Shown: piece after piece, positions 9,030 through 17,514 of the stretch
Layout of the letters: each line of letters opens with the position of its first letter
How positions within the stretch are numbered: the stretch's first letter is position 1
Origin: an uncultured Conexibacteraceae bacterium
GTDB lineage: Bacteria; Actinomycetota; Thermoleophilia; Solirubrobacterales; Solirubrobacteraceae
Assembly: GCA_963832195.1 (NCBI GenBank)
Contig: CAWHTH010000006.1
Coordinates: 331,974 to 395,973 of the forward strand
Direction: 5' to 3'
Length of the DNA stretch: 64,000 nt
Notes under the pieces: model-generated
Told to the model about the DNA's origin: nothing
Databases searched by the model: none
Seen by the model: only the letters and a program-made list of their open reading frames with translations
Made by a program: the position numbers and the translations under genes

Positions 9030-9728
9030 CTAGCCGATCACGAGATGCGCGGCGATCGCGAGCACGGCGATGCGGCCGCCGATCGCCAGGCCGCGCTGCA
9101 CGCGCGGCGTGATCCAGCGCCCGGCCTGGCCGGCGGCGAGTGTGAGAACCGCGTGCCAGCCCGCCGACGCGATGCCTACGCCGGCCGCGAACGCGACCGC
9201 GGCGCCGGCACCGTCGAGCGACAGTCCGGCCGCCACCGCCGCGAACGACACGATCGTCAGCGGGTTCACGGCGGTAATCGCGAGAAAGCGGGCGTACAGC
9301 ACCCGCACGTGCCCACCCCCAGGGGTGTCACCCCCAGGGGTGTCACCCCCAGGGGTGTCAGTCGCCGTGCGAGCACCCCTCGGGGTGTCACCCCCAGGGG
9401 TGACAGTCGCCGTGCGGGCCGCGTTCGAGCGCGCGGCGTGGATCAGGCCGTGGACGGCGATGGCCGCGAGGACAGCCGCCGCAACCGCCTTGATCGCGCC
9501 CTCGTGTGCCGCGAGCGCCGCGCCGACCGCTCCGCCCGCCGCCGCGGCCACGGCCGCGAAGACGAGGTCGACGGTCGCCACACCCATGCCCGCGGCGACC
9601 CCGGCCCGTGGCCCGACGGTCATCGACGTCTCGACCAGCAGCAGGCTGACGGCGCCGAACTGCATCGCGATCGCGAGCCCGGCGATGAGGCCCGCGAGAG
9701 CTGCAGCGGTCGGGTCCATTCGCGGCAT
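9030..9728 (-). CDS. LysE/RhtB-family amino-acid exporter with a repeat-encoded central loop
   Basis: 232 aa, multi-TM Ala/Gly/Val-rich protein with LysE-type topology. The central loop contains TPGGDTPRGARTATDTPGGDTPGGDTPGG. Divergent Lrp/AsnC regulator next door. Confidence 0.75.
   Translation of the reverse strand: MPRMDPTAAALAGLIAGLAIAMQFGAVSLLLVETSMTVGPRAGVAAGMGVATVDLVFAAVAAAAGGAVGAALAAHEGAIKAVAAAVLAAIAVHGLIHAARSNAARTATVTPGGDTPRGARTATDTPGGDTPGGDTPGGGHVRVLYARFLAITAVNPLTIVSFAAVAAGLSLDGAGAAVAFAAGVGIASAGWHAVLTLAAGQAGRWITPRVQRGLAIGGRIAVLAIAAHLVIG
9316..9420. repeat. 15-nt tandem repeat array (7 units: CCCCCAGGGGTGTCA x3, variants, and GTCGCCGTGCGRGC units) inside the LysE gene
   Basis: Read directly: units start at 9316, 9331, 9346, 9361, 9376, 9391 and 9406. 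The array is in frame and encodes TPGGD-type pentapeptides on the minus strand. Each unit contains a GGGG-N5-CCCC mini-palindrome. Confidence 0.9.
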
Positions 9729-9827
9729 GGTTCCGCGGAACCGCGTAAACGCAACCGATTGCGGATGTAGACTGCGCTAATCGCAGTTTTAGACGATCTT
9801 AACCGAGAAATCCTCAGGCTACTCCGC

Positions 9828-10226
9828 GTGGACGGGCGCGTCAGCTGGCGCGACCTCGGCGCGTCGCTCGGCCTCAGCGCCAATGCCGCGGCCGACCGCG
9901 TCCGCCGCCTTCAGCGGGCCGGGGTCATCACCGGGTTCACGGCGACGATCGACCCCGCGGCAGGCGGCACCCGCCTCGAGGCACTCGTCGGCGTCACCCT
10001 CGCACCGGGCACCGACTCCGACGACTTCGCGACCGCGGCGGCGCAGCTACCGCAGGTCACCGAGGTCCTCCACCTCACCGGCGCGCCCGACTACCAGCTG
10101 CGCATCGGCTGCCGCGACACCGCGGAGCTCGACGCGCTGCTGCGGGCGCTGCGTCTGCGCCTCGGGGCCGCGGACACCGAGACGACGATCGTCCTGCGCT
10201 CCGGTCCGCCGGTGGCGCCCGCCTGA
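9828..10226 (+). CDS. Lrp/AsnC-family transcriptional regulator (listed GTG start; homology extends upstream to about 9789)
   Basis: 132 aa with DGRVSWRDLGASLGLSANAAADRVRRLQRAGVITGF (HTH) and a RAM/ACT-like C-terminus. The in-frame upstream codons read LDDLNREILRLLRV, the canonical Lrp N-terminus, but have no ATG/GTG/TTG before them. Confidence 0.85.
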   Translation: MDGRVSWRDLGASLGLSANAAADRVRRLQRAGVITGFTATIDPAAGGTRLEALVGVTLAPGTDSDDFATAAAQLPQVTEVLHLTGAPDYQLRIGCRDTAELDALLRALRLRLGAADTETTIVLRSGPPVAPA

Positions 10227-10247
10227 CGGCTAGGCGATACTCGCCGC

Positions 10248-11138
10248 ATGGTGTCGGCGCATCCGTCGGCGGCTCACCGCGAAGCGGTCGACTCGTGGTT
10301 CGAGGACTTCAATGAAGTGGTCCGCACCGAAGGCGACGTGCTGACCTGGGTGCACAGGCACTTCGACCCGCACGCCGAGTATCGCCCGATCGAGGACGAC
10401 GACTGGTTTCGGGATCCCGAGGCGATCGCGCGCTCACTAGAGCGCTGGATCGAGGTCTGGGGCGTCGGCCAGTTCCGTGTCACCGTCGAAGCGCTCGACG
10501 AGGTCGGCGACGATGTCCTGCTGATCACGGCCCGCAACCGCGGCGTCGGACGTGTCAGCGGCGTGCCGATTGAGGCCACGACGTACTTCGCGCAGGTCCG
10601 GCGCGGCCGCAAGATCCAGTGGTCCGACGAGTACCTGGACCGCGAAGCCGCGCTCGCGGCGGCACGTGCGAAGGCGGCGCCCGCGGAACGGACTGAGCCG
10701 GACGTTGCGGCCACGCGTGTGGCGCGGCTGATGAACCTCGGCCAGGCCGCGTTTGGCGCGTTCGTACGACGGCGCAGCGACCGCCAGCTCGAGCGCCTGT
10801 TCGGCTCCGCCCCTGCGCTGCGAGCGCTAATGAAGGCCCTGGAGCTGCGCTTCCAACCGGCGAAAGCTGCCGGCTTCACGGGCGAGGTCCAGATCGAGCT
10901 CGTCGGCCCGGATGACACGAAGCGGTGGGTGGTGCAAATCGATCGCGATCGGGCGACCGCTCGGCCCGGAATCGCGCGCGACCCTGCGACGACTCTCACC
11001 GCGCCGATCGCGCCCTTCATCCGGGTCGCCGCGGGCCAGGTGCACCCTGTTGCGGCCTACCGGGAGGGCCTGCTCGACGTCAGTGGCGACTTCCAGCTCG
11101 GGGCCAGCTTCGGCGTGATGTTCGGACTGACGCAGTAA
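10248..11138 (+). CDS. NTF2-like domain fused to an SCP2 sterol-carrier-like domain
   Basis: 296 aa. N-terminal SnoaL-like unit. The C-terminal region (FTGEVQIELVG..WVVQIDRDRATARPG....LTAPIAPFIRVAAGQVHPVAAYREGLLDVSGDFQL) follows the SCP2/alkyl-sulfatase C-terminal pattern. Confidence 0.65.
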   Translation: MVSAHPSAAHREAVDSWFEDFNEVVRTEGDVLTWVHRHFDPHAEYRPIEDDDWFRDPEAIARSLERWIEVWGVGQFRVTVEALDEVGDDVLLITARNRGVGRVSGVPIEATTYFAQVRRGRKIQWSDEYLDREAALAAARAKAAPAERTEPDVAATRVARLMNLGQAAFGAFVRRRSDRQLERLFGSAPALRALMKALELRFQPAKAAGFTGEVQIELVGPDDTKRWVVQIDRDRATARPGIARDPATTLTAPIAPFIRVAAGQVHPVAAYREGLLDVSGDFQLGASFGVMFGLTQ

Positions 11139-11142
11139 GCGG

Positions 11143-11550
11143 ATGTCGCAAGAGAACGTCGACTTCGTGCGCGGGGGGTATGAGGCGCTGAAGGCCGGGG
11201 ACCTTGAGCGGGCACTTTCGGGCTTCCATCCCGACGCGTAGATCCGGCCGGGCGAGGACGTTCAAGACATGGACATGCGCGACGTGTACCGGGGACCCGA
11301 GGGTGTGCTGCAGTTCTTCGGCGTCATGTCCGAGGCGTTCGCGGAGTTCCGATGGGAGCCCGAGGACTACATCGACGCCGGCGATGATGTGGTCGTGCTC
11401 ATCCAGATGACCGCAGTCGGGCGGGGCAGCGGCGCAACGGTCGAGCAACCTATCGCGCATGTCTGCACCGTCGAGGAGGGGCAGGTTGGTCGGCTGGTCG
11501 CGTACTTGGATCGCCAGAGCGCGCTCGACTCGGTCGGCCGAGCTGATTAG
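11143..11550 (+). pseudogene. NTF2-like (SnoaL-like) gene interrupted by an in-frame TAG
   Basis: The ATG at 11143 gives MSQENVDFVRGGYEALKAGDLERALSGFHPDA. A TAG follows at 11239-11241. The same frame then continues IRPGEDVQDMDMRDVYRGPEGVLQFF.. into ORF 11269..11550. The stop sits where paralogs have Glu (..PD.E..). Confidence 0.7.
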
Positions 11551-11609
11551 GGAACGCGAACGGGCCGCCCGAAGGCGGCCCGTTCGAACGACTGCGCGGA
11601 AGAGCGCGC

Positions 11610-12782
<1,173 letters not shown>

Positions 12783-12801
12783 TGGTCTGGTTTCTCCTTA
12801 G

Positions 12802-12819
12802 ATTGACTGGTCAGTCAAT
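12802..12819. promoter_or_regulatory. Candidate operator: inverted repeat ATTGACTG-GT-CAGTCAAT just upstream of the acyl-CoA dehydrogenase RBS
   Basis: Perfect 8+8 nt palindrome read directly, 20 nt upstream of the GTG start at 12782. Its size and position fit a TetR/FadR-type fatty-acid regulator site. No such regulator gene is adjacent. Confidence 0.45.
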
Positions 12820-12869
12820 GACCGTGGACAGAGTACCCCACTCCCTGGCGCAGGCAACACGGTTACCGG

Positions 12870-13004
12870 TCAGAAGACAACGCGAGCAGCCATGTAGATC
12901 CCGCCCGCCACGGCCGCGAGCGTGACGAGCACGAGCCCCCACTGCTCGGGGAACACGGCCGGGCGGCGGGGAGCGAAGGTCTTACGGCGTACGCGTCGCC
13001 ACAT
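12870..13004 (-). CDS. Possible 44-aa single-TM small protein (below the ORF-track cutoff)
   Basis: My translation: MWRRVRRKTFAPRRPAVFPEQWGLVLVTLAAVAGGIYMAARVVF. Basic N-terminus plus one hydrophobic helix. No RBS checked and no homology claim. Confidence 0.25.
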   Translation of the reverse strand: MWRRVRRKTFAPRRPAVFPEQWGLVLVTLAAVAGGIYMAARVVF

Positions 13005-13028
13005 GCCCACGAGCGTACGCTGTGGACC

Positions 13029-13442
13029 GTGGAAGACGCCTTCGGTCCCGTGCTGTTCGGCGTGGTGGCCGTCGGGGTGGTCTGCGCCTTCATCGCGATC
13101 CTCGGCGTCGGGAAGGCCTACAAGCAGATCGGGCGCGGCGGCCTCTCGCTCAACGAGGACCTCCCGCCGCGGGCGCCGACCGGCGCGGCCGCCCTGCGCG
13201 AGCGCGACGAGGAGATCCGCCAGATGCTCGACGCGCGCAACGCCCGCCGCCGCGCCCGTGGCGAGCCGGAGGTCGACGTCGAGGCCGAGCTCGCCGCATT
13301 GGTCAAACCCGCAGTCGACCCGGAGCTGGCGCTGGAGATCCGGCAGCTCGTCGAGGCCCGCAACGAGCGGCGCATGCGCCAGGGCAAGGAGCCGCTCGAC
13401 GTCGAGGCGGAAATCGCGCGCCAGCTACGCGAGCTGACCTGA
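13029..13442 (+). CDS. Membrane-anchored hypothetical protein with an internal duplicated motif
   Basis: 137 aa. N-terminal TM helix (VLFGVVAVGVVCAFIAILGV). Two copies of EIRQ[ML][LV][DE]ARN[AE]RR..[RQ]G[EK].[EP].DVEAE[LI]. Confidence 0.5.
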   Translation: MEDAFGPVLFGVVAVGVVCAFIAILGVGKAYKQIGRGGLSLNEDLPPRAPTGAAALRERDEEIRQMLDARNARRRARGEPEVDVEAELAALVKPAVDPELALEIRQLVEARNERRMRQGKEPLDVEAEIARQLRELT

Positions 13443-13454
13443 TACAAACGCCAC

Positions 13455-13778
13455 ATGGCGATCCGCCGCTTCGAGATCGACGACATCCTCAACCGCCCGG
13501 GCACCTACTTCAACCCGCAGCTCGAGGTGCTCATGGTCATCGACGACTCGCCCGAGCTCGACGGCGAGATCTTCAACATGGAGGAGTTCGAGGGCGCGGA
13601 CTGGGTGCTGATCTCGGAGGACTCGCCGATCGAGGAGCACGTCCGCGACGAGCTGCTGGAGCGCTTCCAGTCGCGCCACGGCCCCGTCGCGTCGGGTGCG
13701 ATCCCGGCCAACGAGGACGACGAGGACGAGATCGACGAGATCGAGCCCGACGAGGACGACGAGGTCGAGGAGCTCTAG
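13455..13778 (+). CDS. Acidic hypothetical protein
   Basis: 107 aa, coding-like composition with a poly-acidic tail (NEDDEDEIDEIEPDEDDEVEEL). Starts 12 nt after the preceding gene. Confidence 0.5.
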   Translation: MAIRRFEIDDILNRPGTYFNPQLEVLMVIDDSPELDGEIFNMEEFEGADWVLISEDSPIEEHVRDELLERFQSRHGPVASGAIPANEDDEDEIDEIEPDEDDEVEEL

Positions 13779-13784
13779 CCGGCG

Positions 13785-14897
13785 CTAGCCGGCGAAGAAG
13801 AACGCGATCCCGAGGACGAGGTAGACGGCCAGCAGCTGCACGCCCTCGTACCAGGTGGACTCGCCCTCCTGTGTGACCTGCATGGCGATCAGCGCGGCCA
13901 GGAACACGGCCCCGAGCTCGAAGCCGTTGAGGACGAGCGGCATCGGGTGCGGCCCCAGGAAGAACGAGGCCAGCACGAGGATCGGCGTCGCGAAGATCGC
14001 AATCTGCGCGGCCGACCCGATCGCGATGTTCACCGCGAGGTCCATCTTGTTCTTGAACGCCACCAGCACGGCGACCCAATGCTCGGCGGCGTTGCCGACG
14101 ATGGCCACCACGATCACGCCGATGAAGAACTCGCTCAGCCCGACCGTCTCCGCTGCTTCGGAGATCGAGCCCACAAGGATCTCGGACATGATGCCGACCG
14201 CGACGCCCGCCAGCGCGAGCATCGCGACCGAGCGTCGCACGGACCAGGGCTCGTGGCCCTCCTCGTGCTCCTGCTCGGGGTTGAACAGGTCGCGATGGGT
14301 GCGCAGCGAGAAGACCAGTCCCAGCACGTAGGACACGATCAGGATGATCGCCACGAACAGCGAGAGCTGTTCGACATCGCTGCCGAAGTTCTGGCGCTCG
14401 ATCTCGGGTGACGGCAGGGAGCCGGCGTCGACGAGCTGGAAGATCGCCGGCATCGCCATCGCGGCGACCGCCAGCAGCAACATCGACGCCTGCGCCGATG
14501 CAGCGGTGTGGTTGAACACCTGCTTGTCGCGGCCGAGGCCGCCGACGAGCATCGCGGCGCCGAGCACGAGCAGCACGTTGCCGAGGATCGACCCGATGAG
14601 CGAGGCCTTGACCACCTCGTGGAGCCCCTCGTGCAGTGCAAACAGGGCGATGATGATCTCGGGCGCGTTGCCGAACGTGACGTTCAGCAGGCCGCCGATG
14701 CCGGGGCCTGACCGGGCCGCCAGCTCCTCCGTCGCGCGGCCCATCAGCGCCGCGGTCGGGATCACGCCGAGCGCGGACGCGAAGAAGATGACCGCGGCAT
14801 CGGCATGCCCGATCTCGAGCGCGACCGCGCCCGGGATGAACGGGACGAGTAGGTACGGCCAGCCCTGCGGGCTAAAGAGGAAGCGGCTCAGCGCCAA
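13785..14897 (-). CDS. Ca2+/H+ antiporter (CaCA/CAX family)
   Basis: 370 aa, about 11 TM segments. Both alpha-repeat signatures are present: GNAPEIIIA and GNAAEHWVAV. Confidence 0.9.
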   Translation of the reverse strand: MALSRFLFSPQGWPYLLVPFIPGAVALEIGHADAAVIFFASALGVIPTAALMGRATEELAARSGPGIGGLLNVTFGNAPEIIIALFALHEGLHEVVKASLIGSILGNVLLVLGAAMLVGGLGRDKQVFNHTAASAQASMLLLAVAAMAMPAIFQLVDAGSLPSPEIERQNFGSDVEQLSLFVAIILIVSYVLGLVFSLRTHRDLFNPEQEHEEGHEPWSVRRSVAMLALAGVAVGIMSEILVGSISEAAETVGLSEFFIGVIVVAIVGNAAEHWVAVLVAFKNKMDLAVNIAIGSAAQIAIFATPILVLASFFLGPHPMPLVLNGFELGAVFLAALIAMQVTQEGESTWYEGVQLLAVYLVLGIAFFFAG

Positions 14898-14924
14898 GGG
14901 CGGCGGACGATACCCAGCGCGCGC

Positions 14925-16019
14925 TCAGCTCAGCAGCGCCGCGCACTTCTGGATCTCAGCGATCTCCGCGCCGGCACGCTCGAGGCAGTCGAGGTACTCG
15001 CGCGGGGCGTTGGGCGCAACCGGCTGCTGCGGCGTCGTCTGCGTGCCGCCGCCGGACTGCGAGCCGCCGCCGGCAGCGCCGGTGATGTCGCCGAAGCCGA
15101 GCGCCTGCAGCGCTTGGGCCAGCTCGGTGAACGGGCGCGCGCCCTTCGGCGCTGCGATGCCTTGGCCCTTGTTGAGGTCAGCGAACGTCATGTCGAATCT
15201 GATGCGGCCGCCCTGCAGCCCACCGACGTCGCGGCGCGCGTCCTGCGGCACGTCGAGCACGATGTCGAGCGCGAGCCGGCGCATCGTCGTATCGCTCTTC
15301 CCGGTCCAGACATCGATCTTGGCCGTCCGCACCGAGCGCTCTATCTGGCCGCGCTGCTTCGCGGTCAGCTGTGCGACCTCGGCGCGGCCGGGCAGGTTCA
15401 GGCGCCGCGCGCGGTCGAGCAGGCGGCTGACGTCGGTCAGGAAGCGCGGCACGTCGACGCCCGCGGTCAAGTGGACCGTGTCCGCCCCGCCGACCTGCTC
15501 CTCGCCGCTGCGGCGCGCGCCCTTGAGCCAGCCGACCGGCTTGATGCCGAGGGTCGAGAGCGTGTCGTCGTCCTTGTCCTGCTTCTCGGACTCCTTCTGC
15601 GCCTGCTCGTAGCTCGAGCGGAATTGCTCGTAGATCGCCTTCCCGAGCTCGTACGTGCGGCCCTGGAGCTTCACGAAGCCGTTCTCGCCGGTGGACACGG
15701 CGCCGGCGCTGAAGCCCTCGCCGCCGGCGTCGAGGTTCAGCGTGAAGTCGAAGTGCGGAAGCTTCTTGACGTCCTCGGTCTCGAACGGGCCGCGGATGCG
15801 CACGGCGACCGGTCCCTCGAGGCTGCGCAGGCCGCGCAGGTCCAGGCGCAGGTTCAAGTCCAGCTTGCCCGACTTGAGCGACTTGCGGCCGCCGAACGTC
15901 TCCGACAGCAGCTCGCTCGCACTGCGATCCGAGTTGTCGTCGTCGCCGCATGCGATCAGCCCCGCGGACGGCAGGAGCAGGGAAAAAGCGAGCAGGGCGG
16001 GAACGAGGCGGCGGGGCAC
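14925..16019 (-). CDS. Lipoprotein, unknown function
   Basis: 364 aa. Signal peptide with lipobox LIAC (MPRRLVPALLAFSLLLPSAGLIACG). Gly/Gln-rich linker near the C-terminus. Confidence 0.65.
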   Translation of the reverse strand: MPRRLVPALLAFSLLLPSAGLIACGDDDNSDRSASELLSETFGGRKSLKSGKLDLNLRLDLRGLRSLEGPVAVRIRGPFETEDVKKLPHFDFTLNLDAGGEGFSAGAVSTGENGFVKLQGRTYELGKAIYEQFRSSYEQAQKESEKQDKDDDTLSTLGIKPVGWLKGARRSGEEQVGGADTVHLTAGVDVPRFLTDVSRLLDRARRLNLPGRAEVAQLTAKQRGQIERSVRTAKIDVWTGKSDTTMRRLALDIVLDVPQDARRDVGGLQGGRIRFDMTFADLNKGQGIAAPKGARPFTELAQALQALGFGDITGAAGGGSQSGGGTQTTPQQPVAPNAPREYLDCLERAGAEIAEIQKCAALLS

Positions 16020-16046
16020 GCGGTCGGCGAGGGTACCATCGGCTGG

Positions 16047-17504
16047 GTGCGCCGCACGCCGGTCGCCCTGCTCCTAATCACTCTTGCCGCCCCCGCTCAG
16101 GCGTCCGCCGAGACGGTCCTGAAGATGGACCATCGGGGGCACGTCAGCGCGCGCGAAGACCGCTTTCTGGGAGCGCCCGATCCGCTGCCGCGGCGCGCGG
16201 CGCCGCGCGCGTCGGCGGCCCAGGAGCAGCCGCGTAGAACAGTGGTCTCGGAGCTGCGGGCGTTGCTCGACGCCGGCCTGATCGACCAGGCGACGCACGA
16301 TCGCCATCTCGACACCTACGACCGCGCCCGCGACACGCTGCGCAAGCTCAAAGGCACCCGCTTCACGCTGCTCAAGGCGGTGATCAAGAACGTAGAGGGC
16401 ATCGCCGGCAACGGCCAGCTCTCGCCGACGCGCCTGTCGGGTCTGTTCCTGACGATCGAGCGCAACCGCGCCTGGTGGGCGGGCGGCCCGCTCCTCGCCG
16501 GCGGGCGCCGCGTGACGTTCGCGGGCAGCAGGCTCGTGTGGCAGTTCTATCCGGGCGAGGGGCTGCATGTGCAGTGGCTGGGGACGTTCGGCAAAGCCAA
16601 CGGCTTCTTCCTCTCTGGCGAGCACGACGTCGAGCTGCGGGAGCTGCTGGACGAGGCCATCGGCCTGGCCGCCGAGCGCGCGGGCGGGATCGCGTGGGAG
16701 TACATGTTCACGTTCAACGGCGGGCGCCCACCGTGGGCGAGCGGGCTGGCGCAGGGGACCGCGATCCAGGCGTTGTCGCGCGCCGCGGCGCGGCTGGCCG
16801 AGCCGCGCTACTTCGAGGTCGCGCGCGCCGCGCTGGGCGTCTTCCGCACGGAGCCGCCCGCGGGCGTTCGGGTCGCAACGCCGCTCGGGGCCCACTACCT
16901 GATCTACTCGTTCGCGCCCGGCCTGCACGTTCTCAACGGCTTCGTGCAGGCGCTCAACGGCCTGTACGACTTCGCCAAGTTCGCCAACGACGAGGAGGGG
17001 CGGGTGCTGTTCGCTGCCGGCGAGGCGCAGCTGCGCGACGAGCTGCCGCGCTTCGACACCGGCGCGTGGTCGATGTACTCGCAGCGCCGCGAGTCGGACC
17101 TCGGCTACCACAAGCTCGTGCGCGACTTCCTGCGCAACTTGTGCAACCGGCTGCTCGAGGCGCCCGCGCAGGACCCCACGCCGTATTGCGACGCGGCGGA
17201 GCGGTTCACGGGCTACCTTCACGAGCCGCCGCGCCTCGAGCTGCGCTCGACGACGGCGCGCGCCGGGTCGCGCGGCCCGCTGCGGTTCAGGGTGTCGAAG
17301 ATCTCGACCGTGACGGTGAGCGTGCTGCGGCGCGGCCGGATCGTGTTCACGCGGACCGCGCGCTTCGGTGGCGGCCGGCATGTGCTCGCGTTCAAGCCCG
17401 CGACCGGCGGGCCTCACACCGTGCGGCTGTTCGCCGTTGACCTGGCCGGGAACCGCGGCAGCGGCGCCGGCACGCTGCGCGTGCGGCCCGCGCGCCGCAA
17501 ATAG
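16047..17504 (+). CDS. Secreted D-glucuronyl C5-epimerase-like protein with a C-terminal Ig-like domain
   Basis: In-frame GTG at 16047 gives the signal peptide VRRTPVALLLITLAAPAQASAE. The core contains GGRPPWASGLAQGTAIQALSRAA and HVLNGFVQALNGLYDF, the pattern of the C5-epimerase C-terminal domain family. The upstream part of listed ORF 15114..17504 is shadow sequence. Confidence 0.7.
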   Translation: MRRTPVALLLITLAAPAQASAETVLKMDHRGHVSAREDRFLGAPDPLPRRAAPRASAAQEQPRRTVVSELRALLDAGLIDQATHDRHLDTYDRARDTLRKLKGTRFTLLKAVIKNVEGIAGNGQLSPTRLSGLFLTIERNRAWWAGGPLLAGGRRVTFAGSRLVWQFYPGEGLHVQWLGTFGKANGFFLSGEHDVELRELLDEAIGLAAERAGGIAWEYMFTFNGGRPPWASGLAQGTAIQALSRAAARLAEPRYFEVARAALGVFRTEPPAGVRVATPLGAHYLIYSFAPGLHVLNGFVQALNGLYDFAKFANDEEGRVLFAAGEAQLRDELPRFDTGAWSMYSQRRESDLGYHKLVRDFLRNLCNRLLEAPAQDPTPYCDAAERFTGYLHEPPRLELRSTTARAGSRGPLRFRVSKISTVTVSVLRRGRIVFTRTARFGGGRHVLAFKPATGGPHTVRLFAVDLAGNRGSGAGTLRVRPARRK

Positions 17505-17514
17505 GCTTGTCGCA

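Noticed and set aside
9316-9420. Regular short repeats that could be mistaken for a CRISPR array
   Set aside because: The period is only 15 nt with no unique spacers. The array is in frame inside a transporter gene, and no cas genes are present.
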